64,000 nt of DNA from a bacterium. GTDB taxonomy: Bacteria; Planctomycetota; UBA1135; UBA2386. A program made the translations under genes and the position numbers. The DNA is taken from positions 88,950 to 152,949 of the forward strand of contig JAUILN010000011.1 of the NCBI GenBank assembly GCA_030432695.1, read 5' to 3'. Positions 18,618-27,500 of this stretch are shown here, one piece after another; positions within the stretch are counted from its first letter, which is position 1, and every line of letters begins with the position of its first letter. Below the pieces are notes generated by a model. It ran no database searches. It was not told where the DNA came from and saw nothing but the letters and a program-made list of their open reading frames with translations.

Positions 18618-20162
18618 ATGCACATGCGCACCGCCTGCTTCGCGGCCGCTGTCCTTCTCCTCGTCCCTGGCGCCTTCGCCCAGGACCCCGACGGCAAGTC
18701 GACGAGCCAGTCGAACCCAGCCACCACGGCAAGTCCTCCCGGCACGGCCGTGCCGATCTTCGGCAACGGAGGCGGCGGCAACCCTCAGGCGGCGAACGCC
18801 AACCTGACCCTGATCCGCAACTGGGACCGCGCGTCAGGCGTCCAATACAACGACATCTGGGGTTGGACCTCGCCGGACGGCCGCGAGTTCGCCTACATCG
18901 GCGAGACCGACGGCATCTGGTTCGTCGAGACGACCGACCCGCAGAACATCCGTCAGGTCGGCTGGTGGAGCGCCCCGAACAGCCTGTGGCGCGACTTCGC
19001 GAACCTCGGGCCCTACGTCTACTCGGTGAGCGAGCATCACCGCGGGATCCGGATCTTCGACATGAGCAATCCGGACAGCCCGCAGGACCTCGGCTACGTC
19101 GCGACGAGCCAGATCCGCAACACGCACAACATCACCGCCGACGAGTCGACCGGCTACCTGTACCTGAGCGGCACCAACCAAGGCCTGGCGATCTTCGACG
19201 CGAGCCAGAGCCCGACCAACCCGACGTTCGTCAGCACGTGGTACCCGGGCCGCACCTACACCCACGACTGCTGCGTGATCCGCGGTCGCGCATACCTCTC
19301 CAACGGCCGCAGCTACGCCGCGCGGATCATGGACGCGACCAACCCGTCGAGCCTGATCGAGATCGGTCGGTGCAACACTCCGGGCGGCTACGACCACAAC
19401 GTGTGGGTCAGCGACGACGACCAGGTGCTGTGCGTCACCGACGAGATCGAACGGAACGGCCCCAACGCGGCGCTCACCGTCTGGGACATCTCCAACCCGC
19501 AGGTCCCGGTGCTGCGCGATGACTACAGCCTGGGCACGATCGTCCACAACGTGTTCATCCTGGGCCGCACCGCCTACATGTCGCACTACGTCGACGGCGT
19601 GCACGTGATCGACATCACCGACCCGGCCAACATCTCGGCGGTCGGCAACTACGACACTTCGACGGTGGCGTCCGGGTACAACGGCGCGTGGGGCGTGCAC
19701 GTCTTCGCCGACCACGGCCTGATCTACGCCAGCGACATGCAGAACGGGCTCTACGTGTTCGAGATGCAGTGCGGCCACCTGAACCGCTACGGCGCGGCGA
19801 CGCCGGGAACCGCGGGACGGACCCCGCGGGCCATCCTGGCCGACGCCACGCCGCGGGTCGGCGCGAGCGGCCTGACGCTCGACATCGACGGCCTCGCGCC
19901 GAATGCCCCGGCGTTCCTGTTCGTCGGCTTCGCGGCCGGCAGCCTGAACGTGCTCGGTGTGGACATCCACATCGACCCCGCACAGGCGCTCTCGGCGAGC
20001 ATCACTGCCGACGCCAACGGCAAGGTCACCGTGCCGCTGCCGATCCCGAACGATCCGAACGCCGCCAACCAGCGCATCTACATGCAGATCCTGGCGCAGG
20101 ACGCCGGCGCACCGCAGGGCTGGTCGGCCAGCCGCGGCATGTGGATGGGCATCTGCCAGTGA
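18618..20162 (+). CDS. Secreted LVIVD-repeat beta-propeller protein (choice-of-anchor-B-like) with the shared C-terminal module
   Basis: The signal-like N-terminus is MRTACFAAAVLLLVPGAFAQ. NDIWGWTSPDGREFAYIG is followed by blades ending GIRIFDMSNP, GLAIFDASQSP, LTVWDISNP, GVHVIDITDP and GLYVFEM. The C-terminal ...VTVPLPIPNDPNAANQRIYMQILAQD resembles the ELW protein tails. The start is ATG 18618, with GAGG 9 nt upstream. Confidence 0.75.
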   Translation: MHMRTACFAAAVLLLVPGAFAQDPDGKSTSQSNPATTASPPGTAVPIFGNGGGGNPQAANANLTLIRNWDRASGVQYNDIWGWTSPDGREFAYIGETDGIWFVETTDPQNIRQVGWWSAPNSLWRDFANLGPYVYSVSEHHRGIRIFDMSNPDSPQDLGYVATSQIRNTHNITADESTGYLYLSGTNQGLAIFDASQSPTNPTFVSTWYPGRTYTHDCCVIRGRAYLSNGRSYAARIMDATNPSSLIEIGRCNTPGGYDHNVWVSDDDQVLCVTDEIERNGPNAALTVWDISNPQVPVLRDDYSLGTIVHNVFILGRTAYMSHYVDGVHVIDITDPANISAVGNYDTSTVASGYNGAWGVHVFADHGLIYASDMQNGLYVFEMQCGHLNRYGAATPGTAGRTPRAILADATPRVGASGLTLDIDGLAPNAPAFLFVGFAAGSLNVLGVDIHIDPAQALSASITADANGKVTVPLPIPNDPNAANQRIYMQILAQDAGAPQGWSASRGMWMGICQ

Positions 20163-22183
20163 GCGGCTCGCGCCGCCCACGACGTCGCGCCGCGGCGGGA
20201 GTTCTGTGTACACTCCTGCTGTCGGCAGCCTCCGCCGCGCAGGAGGCGGCGCCGCTCGGGCCGTATCCCGGCCCGACGCATCGCGCCTTCCTGATCGAGA
20301 ACACGCGGCACGCGCTGCGCTTCGAGGCGAGTCTCGATGGCGCCGAGGCGCGGGCGTTCGTCGACCAGGGCTTCGCGCAGCTGCACGGCGGCGCGTGGTT
20401 CGAGGCCGAGCGGTCGTTCCGGCAGGCGGCCTCGTTGCAGCCCTCGGGCGCGGTCGCGTGGCTCGGTGCGGCGATGGCCGCCCAGGCCGACGGCTACCGC
20501 GCGCGCTACTTCATGGAGAATGCGGTGGCGTGGCGTGAGCGCGCGTCCGCGCGGGAGCGCTTGCTGATCGACGCGTGGGCCCGCCGCTACGGCGTGAGCC
20601 GCAAGGACGCCGAACGGGCCCGCGCGATGCGCTCGCGCAACGTGCACGAGGCGCGCCGCACCTCGTTCGAGCGTTCCGACGAGGAACGGGCCGCCGAGCT
20701 CCGGGCGCGTCTCGCCGAGCTCTGCGAGCAGGATCCCGCGGACCATGAACTGCGGGCCCTGTGGCTGCACCTCCTGCACCTCGACCTCCGCACCGGTCGC
20801 ATCGCCGAGGACCAACGGCAGACCGCGCGGGAGGCCGGACTGCTCGCCTTCGATGCGCTGCCGGTCCGCCACCCGGGTCGGCTCCACCTCCTCGACCACG
20901 CGGCGTTCCTGGGGATCGAGCGTGGATTGCGCGCCCTGAAGGAGACCGCACCGTTCTCCATCACGCCGGTCACGACCCACGGCGCGGCGGGCCGCATGCT
21001 GCTGCGCCTGCGCCGCGCATCGGACGCCCTGCCGCATCTCGAGGCCGCCGTACGAGCCGGCTTCGCCTACCTGGAACGTGAGTGGACGATGCCGTTCCTG
21101 GTCGACGGCTTCGCCGACGCAGCGCTCGGCCGCGCCGAGGCACTCGATCGACTCGGTCGCGTGGCCGACGCGATCGACTGGCACCGCGAGATCCAGGAGC
21201 TGCCAAGGCACCCGACCCTGAATTGCCTGGCCGATCTCGACAGCTTCGCCACCCGGCATCTGCTGCAGTTTCTGGCGCTATGCGTGGAGTACGAACTCGG
21301 CACCACGCTCGAGACCGCGGCAGCCGACTCCTGGTTCGAGCCGACGCTCGACGCAGGAATCATCATCCCGGCCCGTGGCGCCTCGGCCGCGGCACGCCAC
21401 GCGATCACCGGCGATTCGCAGACACTCGAGGAAGCCATCCGCGGCGCGGCTTCGTTCCCCGACCACGCCGGTCGACTCGCGCAGCTGCTGGCACTCCGCA
21501 GCGGCGACGAACCGTTCTTCGCCGACGAGATCGAACGCCTGCGGCACCTGGCCGGGCAGGCCGACCTCGGCCTCGACGTGTTCGCGCGCGTGATCGCCCG
21601 GTTCCCACAGCTCGGACTCCCCGACGACTGGCGGCTTCCCCGAGATCCGCTGCTCGACTGGCCGCGCGACCTCGGCCCCCGCCCGATCCCGGAGGACTTC
21701 GGCCCGGCCCACTGGACGCCGCCCCGGACTCCCGATTGGGAACTGCGCAACGCCGAGGGCCTGCGCATCCGCTCCCACGACTACCGCGGCGAACCGTTGG
21801 TGCAGATCGCCTACCTCGGCTTCGGCTGCCAGCACTGCATCGATGCCCTCAACACCTTCGAGCCCGAGCTGTCGCGGTTCTACCGCCAGGACATCGACTT
21901 CGTGGCGATCGGCACCGACTCCCTGAAGGGGCTGCGAAACTCGCTCGGTGCCCTGAACCCCCGCGACCTCCCGACCTACCCGATGCTCGCCGACCGCAAG
22001 CTGCGCGTGTTCCGCGAGTGGCTCGCCTTCGACGAGTTCGACCACGTGGCGCTGCACGGCACCTGGCTGCTCGATGCCGTCGGCCGCGTGCTCTGGGTGG
22101 AGACCGGCTACCAACCCTTCGAGGAACCCGTTTGGCTGTCCCTGGAAGCGCAACGCTTGCTGTCGTCGCCCTCACCGCGCTGA
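20159..22183 (+). CDS. Secreted TPR-like protein with C-terminal thioredoxin-fold (AhpC/TSA, redoxin) domain
   Basis: ORF 19688..22183 is trimmed to the in-frame GTG at 20159, which overlaps the upstream stop (GTGA). The signal-like segment is RRRAAAGVLCTLLLSAASAAQE. The C-terminal YRGEPLVQIAYLGFGCQHCIDALNTFEPEL...DFVAIGTDS carries a CxxC redoxin motif. Confidence 0.7.
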   Translation: MSGSRRPRRRAAAGVLCTLLLSAASAAQEAAPLGPYPGPTHRAFLIENTRHALRFEASLDGAEARAFVDQGFAQLHGGAWFEAERSFRQAASLQPSGAVAWLGAAMAAQADGYRARYFMENAVAWRERASARERLLIDAWARRYGVSRKDAERARAMRSRNVHEARRTSFERSDEERAAELRARLAELCEQDPADHELRALWLHLLHLDLRTGRIAEDQRQTAREAGLLAFDALPVRHPGRLHLLDHAAFLGIERGLRALKETAPFSITPVTTHGAAGRMLLRLRRASDALPHLEAAVRAGFAYLEREWTMPFLVDGFADAALGRAEALDRLGRVADAIDWHREIQELPRHPTLNCLADLDSFATRHLLQFLALCVEYELGTTLETAAADSWFEPTLDAGIIIPARGASAAARHAITGDSQTLEEAIRGAASFPDHAGRLAQLLALRSGDEPFFADEIERLRHLAGQADLGLDVFARVIARFPQLGLPDDWRLPRDPLLDWPRDLGPRPIPEDFGPAHWTPPRTPDWELRNAEGLRIRSHDYRGEPLVQIAYLGFGCQHCIDALNTFEPELSRFYRQDIDFVAIGTDSLKGLRNSLGALNPRDLPTYPMLADRKLRVFREWLAFDEFDHVALHGTWLLDAVGRVLWVETGYQPFEEPVWLSLEAQRLLSSPSPR

Positions 22184-22195
22184 GCCCCCCCCTTT

Positions 22196-22279
22196 TCTGT
22201 CGTAGTTGGTGCCAGGCACCGACTACGACAGATCCTCAGAGTCTGTCGCGGTCGGTGCCTGGCACCGACTACGACAGAT
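22196..22279. repeat. Two tandem copies of a 37-bp near-perfect palindromic element
   Basis: In copy 1, 22196-22213 TCTGTCGTAGTTGGTGCC pairs with 22215-22232 GGCACCGACTACGACAGA (18 bp, one G-T). In copy 2, 22242-22259 TCTGTCGCGGTCGGTGCC pairs with 22261-22278 GGCACCGACTACGACAGA. The right arms are identical over 19 nt. A C9T4 tract precedes the pair. Confidence 0.85.
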
Positions 22280-22335
22280 TCCTGCGCGAGCCGCCGCGGG
22301 CCCACGACCAGAATCCCGACCCCGACGTCTTCGAG

Positions 22336-24006
22336 ATGGTGCTGACCGCGGCGCCGATCGACGTCGAGTACGCGGCGGGCAAGACCACCGCGGCGTGGGC
22401 CTTCAACGGCTCGGTCCCTGGCCCCACGATCGACGCGAAGCTCGGCGACACGCTGATCGTCCACTTCGTGAACCTGCTGCCCGAGGCGACCTCGATCCAC
22501 TGGCACGGCATCGCCACGCCGTCGACGATGGACGGCAGCCAGCTCTCGCAGGTCGCGGTGCCGCGCTCGGGCTACCACCGCTACGAGTTCCAGCTCAACG
22601 TCGCCGGCACCTTCTGGTACCACCCGCACCGCAACACCAACGAGCAGATCGAGCGCGGGCTGCACGGCGTCCTGGTGGTCCGCGACCCGAAGCACGACGC
22701 CGCCCTCGGCATCGCGCCGGAGGACGACCACGTGCTGGTCCTCGACGACGTCAAACTCGACGACGACTTCCAGCTCAGCCTCTTCGCCACCGATCTCGGC
22801 GCCGACTTCGTGCCCTGGGAGCGCGCTGAGGACCTCGCCAACTCGCGCGTCGGCAACCACGTGCTGCAGAACGGCCGGATCGTCGACGACGCGCGCCCGC
22901 CCCTGCTGCCGGTCCGCGCCGGCCGCCCGTATCGCCTGCGCCTCGTCAACGCGGCGAGCGGCCGGATCTTCCGCTTCGATCTGCACGAGGCCGGCGCGTC
23001 GTGCCTGTTCGCGGTCGGCAGCGACCAAGGCCTGTGGAACGCCGCCGAGGAGGTGCGGCCGATCGACAAGGTCCGCAACACGCTCGGGCACCACGACGAG
23101 CTGATCTCGAATCCCGACACGACCCGCGGCATCACGCTGACGCCCGGCGACCGGATGGAGCTGGTGCTGGTCCCCGACGGCGCGGTCGACGACCGGTTCG
23201 TGCTCCGCAGCCACGACTACCAGAAGGGCAAGCACACCGCCTACCGCGACCCGGCGGGGGACCTGTTGTTCGGCCACGACCACTTCGACGGCGCCGAGCC
23301 GCCGGAAGACTACCTCGCCTTCCAGATCACCGAGGCGCGCGGCGACCGACCGACCTGGTCCCCGCCCGCGGCACTCCGCCACGACCCGATCGAGGCGCTA
23401 CGCCCAGCCGACGACCTGCCGACCCTCCCGGTGTTCCTCGGCCACTCTCCGCCGAACCGCGACACCGGCATGGTGATGTTCTTCGTGCAGGTCGACCGCG
23501 CCGACGCGCTGCTCGAGGCGGTCCACGCCCGTGAGCACGTGCTGCCGATCGACTACGCCCCGCGGCCCATGATGCGCCAGCGCGCCCAGCACGGCTGGCA
23601 CGTGCAGCTCGGCAGCGAGCGCATCTGGGAGGTCGTGAACTTCACCGGCAACGACCACAACTTCCACGTCCACGGCTTCCGCTTCCAACACCTCTCGACC
23701 GAGTACATCGACCTCGACGAGCCTGAGTTCAACAAGACCGAAGCCCCGCGCCGCGTCGCCTGGGAAGACACCCTACGCATCGCCCGCCGCCCCGGCCTGA
23801 CGCTCGGCCGCAGCTACACGATCACCCGCCTGGCGACCCGCTTCGACGACGACGACCTGCCGTTCCGCCTGCGCCGCGACGCCACCGAGATCCTGGCCGG
23901 AGGCCTCGACCCGACCCCCTCGCGCTCGGGTGGCTGGGTGGTGCACTGCCACTTCCTCGAGCACTCGGCGATGGGAATGATGTCGTTCGTGACGGTCACC
24001 CGCTGA
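22336..24006 (+). CDS. Multicopper oxidase (three-domain type), no recognisable signal peptide
   Basis: Copper-site motifs are SIHWHGIATP, FWYHPH, NFHVHGFRF and the C-terminal HCHFLEHSAMGMM. This is the C-terminal part of track ORF 21082..24006. The first ATG after the upstream gene is 22336. A GTG at 22255 lies inside the palindrome. Confidence 0.85.
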   Translation: MVLTAAPIDVEYAAGKTTAAWAFNGSVPGPTIDAKLGDTLIVHFVNLLPEATSIHWHGIATPSTMDGSQLSQVAVPRSGYHRYEFQLNVAGTFWYHPHRNTNEQIERGLHGVLVVRDPKHDAALGIAPEDDHVLVLDDVKLDDDFQLSLFATDLGADFVPWERAEDLANSRVGNHVLQNGRIVDDARPPLLPVRAGRPYRLRLVNAASGRIFRFDLHEAGASCLFAVGSDQGLWNAAEEVRPIDKVRNTLGHHDELISNPDTTRGITLTPGDRMELVLVPDGAVDDRFVLRSHDYQKGKHTAYRDPAGDLLFGHDHFDGAEPPEDYLAFQITEARGDRPTWSPPAALRHDPIEALRPADDLPTLPVFLGHSPPNRDTGMVMFFVQVDRADALLEAVHAREHVLPIDYAPRPMMRQRAQHGWHVQLGSERIWEVVNFTGNDHNFHVHGFRFQHLSTEYIDLDEPEFNKTEAPRRVAWEDTLRIARRPGLTLGRSYTITRLATRFDDDDLPFRLRRDATEILAGGLDPTPSRSGGWVVHCHFLEHSAMGMMSFVTVTR

Positions 24007-24042
24007 CTCTCGGAGAATCGGCGATCGGCCCCGATCGACCCG

Positions 24043-27000
24043 TCATCCCATCAGATCGAAGTCTCCCGCCAGCACCCGATCGAGCCGTCCCGTCCGGAAC
24101 CCCCGCACCGAGTCCCGACACAGCGGCGACGGCTCGTGGCGGTAGCGGCGGACGATGAGGGTGCCGTCGTTCTCGTGGGAGACCTCCTGCAAGCACTCCC
24201 GCGCGATCTTCAAGCGCTTGCTGGGTGAATCGGGCAAGGGCGTGTCAGGCTGGCCGACCACGGTCACCCGCACGCGGATCCGCGGCGCGCGGTCTTCCGC
24301 CTCGCCCGGTTCCAGCACATGCAGTCCCGACTCGCGGGCCAACAACGTGAATGCCCCGAAGCCGGCGACCGACAGGATCATCCGGTAGCTCATCCCGTCC
24401 TGGGCCCCGGCCTCGCGGAGCACCTCGAAGTCCATCCGGCGGCGGCGCGCCCAGCCGCGGTACATCGAACTCAGCTCGCGCGCGAAGGCCTCGGTCGCAT
24501 CCGCGTCACCGCGCGGATCGACGACCGGTTCGACCCGGAGGAAAGCATCGCTGGCGCGCGCCGCCTCCAGTCCGTCGACCGCGGCCCGCAGCAGGTGGAG
24601 CTGCACGGCAAGTCGCTGGGCCACGCCGGTCGGCACGCGATCGCGCGGCTCCACGCCTTCGGCGGTGCCCAGCCGCTCCAACAGCCGCGTCGCGGTGTCC
24701 AGGCCGGTCTCGATGCGGTCGCGATACTCCGCGTCACTGAGCGTCCGGAACCGGTCGTCACGGCTCCAGAAGTCGGGATCCGACATCGCATCCATCGACT
24801 CCTGCTTCTGCGCGGCCCAGGCCGGGTCGTGGACCTTCGACTCGATCTCCTGCCACGTCGTCCGCAACAGCTCGACCTCGCGCCGGCTCCCGGTCGGGTC
24901 GAGCGCGATCCCGCCCAGGGTCGGCGCCTGACCTGAACCGGCCTCGGGCTCCCGCAGCGCCGGGAGTTCCTCGGGCGCGTCCGGATCGACGAATTCGACC
25001 TGCACGCCACGGCCGTCGGAGCGCACGAACAGGAACTGGTCGCCGGTCGGTGCCTTCTGGTTGACGATGGTCCGCGCCAGCGGCGCCAGCAGGAACCGCT
25101 CGATCGTCCGCCGCAGCGGCCGCGCGCCGAGTTCCGGCGAGAAGCCGCGGTCGAGGAAGAACTGCAGTGCCGAGTCGTCCCACTCCACCGCCCACTGCCG
25201 GTTGCGCAGACCGCGCCGCTCGAGCACCAACCGCAGCTCCTTCTCCAGCACCTGGTGCATCTCGGCGCGGCCGAGCGTCCGGAACACCACGATGCGGTCG
25301 ATGCGGTTCAGGAACTCGGCGCGGAACTGCTCGCGCAGCGCCTTCTCGACGCCCTGGTCGAGGCCGGTCGCGGTCGGCGCGGCGGAGAATCCGAGCCCGC
25401 CACCACGCGTCGCCTCGGCACCGACGTTGGAGGTCATGATGACGATCGCGTGACGGAAGTCGGCGAGCCGGCCGCGCCGGTCGGTGAGCCGGCCGTCGTC
25501 GAAGACCTGCAGGAACAGGTCGAAGACCCGGCTGTGGGCCTTCTCGATCTCGTCGAGCAGAACCACCGAGAACGGCTGCTTGCGGATCCGGTCGACCAGT
25601 GCCTCGCCGGCCTCGCGTTCGTCGCGCTCGCCGAGCAGGCGGTCGAGGGCCTCGTAGCCCTGCAGCTCGCTCATGTCGAGGCGCACCATCCGGTCGGGCG
25701 AGCCGAACAGGTAGGCCGCCAGCGTCTTGGCGATCTCGGTCTTGCCGCTGCCGGTCGGGCCGGTGAACAGGAACACACCGAGCGGGCGGGTCGGGTCGGT
25801 GAGCCCGGCCTTGATCATCGCGACGCGCTCGACGAGGCAGGAGATCGCCTCGGGCTGGCCGATCACGCGCTCGTGGAAGTGTCGCTCGAGCGAGGCGAGG
25901 TCGAGACCCTCCCGGTCGTCGAGGATCGACGCCGGCAGACCGGTCAGCCGACCGAGCGTCGCCAGCAGGTCTTCGAAACCGAGCTCGATGCCGGGCGACG
26001 ATGCCGCACCCGGCAACCCCTCCGCCGTCGCCGACAGCAGCTTCGACTGCCGCGCCAGCGACAGGAACCCGAGCAGATTGCCCGGCTGCGCCCGCGCGCC
26101 GAGGAACTGCTGCGCCAGCTGGAACGACTGCTCGACGATGCCGCGCGCCACCAGCGGCCGGCCGTCGGTGCTGAACTTCGCCGACCAGGCCTGGGCCAGT
26201 GCCAGGGTCGGCTCGTCGCCGTACGGCTCGAGCCGAACCGCCTCCATCGCGGCCCGCAGCGCCGGCTTGGACTGCAGCAGCCGCTCGTGCGGCGAAGGCT
26301 GCACCTCCGCGACCGCCAGCACCCGCCCCGACTCCAGGAACGGCATCAACACGTCGAGCAGGCTGGTGGTGCTGAACTGGTGGCGGCCGGCCCAGGCCAT
26401 CTCCTCGAAGCCCGGGATCAGCCAGAGCACGCGCGGTTTCTCGGCGATCGCCGCCAGCAGATCCTTCATCCGCTGCTCGATCTGGCCCACGTAGCTCTGG
26501 CCGGCGAGCAGCTCCACCGCACCCGCCTCGAACACGGTCCAGCCGTCGTCGATCAGCCCCTGGGCGAGCACCTCGAGCGCCACCGTCTTGCCGGTGCCCG
26601 AGTCGCCGACCAGCAGGACCGACCGCGGCACCTCACCGAGCACCAGCCGGCGCAGCTCCGCGACCCGCCGCTCGACCAGTTCGTCGACCACCACCTGCTC
26701 CAGCGCCGGTCTCTTCCACACCTTGCCGACCGTCTCCAGGTAGGCCCGGTCGACCGTCTCGACGCGCGCGCCTTCGAGCACCTCGGCCTGCTCGAGAGCC
26801 CCCGCCTCGCGCAGCAGGCCGAGCAGCCACGCCTTCTTCTCCGGCGCCAGCTCGGCCGGATCTTCCGGCGGTCGATACTCCGTGTCGCCGACCGCGAGCC
26901 GCCGCTGCACGAACTCGCGGAGGACCCGCTCGGCGAACGGCTGGGCCCAGCTCGCGTCGATGGTGTTCAGCACCGTGCTCAGCAGCGGCTGATCGACCCG

Positions 27001-27450
27001 CTCCTCGAGCGCCCGGACCACGAACGAGCGCGCGTAGTAGTTGCCGAGGTTCAGCGTCGGCAGCAGACTCGGCAGGAGTTCGACTTCGTCGCGCCGCTGC
27101 ACCAGCGCCATCGCGGCCAGGGTCGAGATCAGTGCATTGTCGCCGCTCAGGTAGGCGACCATCTCGTCGTGGCCGAACGCCGAGCCGCGCAGGAGGCGCA
27201 CCGCCTCCTTGAAGCCGTCGTGCTCCAGCAGGTCGCGCGGGTGCGCCGCTTGATCGTAGTCGCCGGCCAGCGACGCGGCCATCGCGTACAGCGCCTTGCG
27301 GACCTCGCCGGGGTTGAGCGACGTCAGGTCGACCTGGACCGGCGCGTCGCTCTCGGGCGCCGGATCTTCGGCGCGCTGCCCGATCCGCGACCGCAACAGG
27401 ACCGCGGCCACGAAGACCGCGCCCACCAAGGCTCCCAGCCAGAACTCCAT
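24043..27450 (-). CDS. Membrane-anchored ClpA/B-type double AAA+ ATPase with C-terminal release-factor-like (GGQ-less) domain
   Basis: The N-terminal TM segment is [19 protein letters not shown]. The Walker A motifs are [14 protein letters not shown] and [19 protein letters not shown], and the Walker B is [11 protein letters not shown]. The Clp D2-small motif is [14 protein letters not shown]. The last roughly 300 aa resemble RF2 PCRF/RF-1 regions (DPDFWSRDD...; [16 protein letters not shown]...[43 protein letters not shown]) but lack GGQ. Confidence 0.8.
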   Translation of the reverse strand: [1135 protein letters not shown]

Positions 27451-27500
27451 CGCTGGCTAGCGAAACCGATCACGAGGAGCCGGGGAAGTGCGCGGTCGGA

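Noticed and set aside
21082-22335. 5' 418 codons of the 974-aa ORF 21082..24006
   Set aside because: This part overlaps the TPR/redoxin gene in another frame and is Arg/Pro-rich. Only the region after 22336 shows multicopper oxidase motifs.
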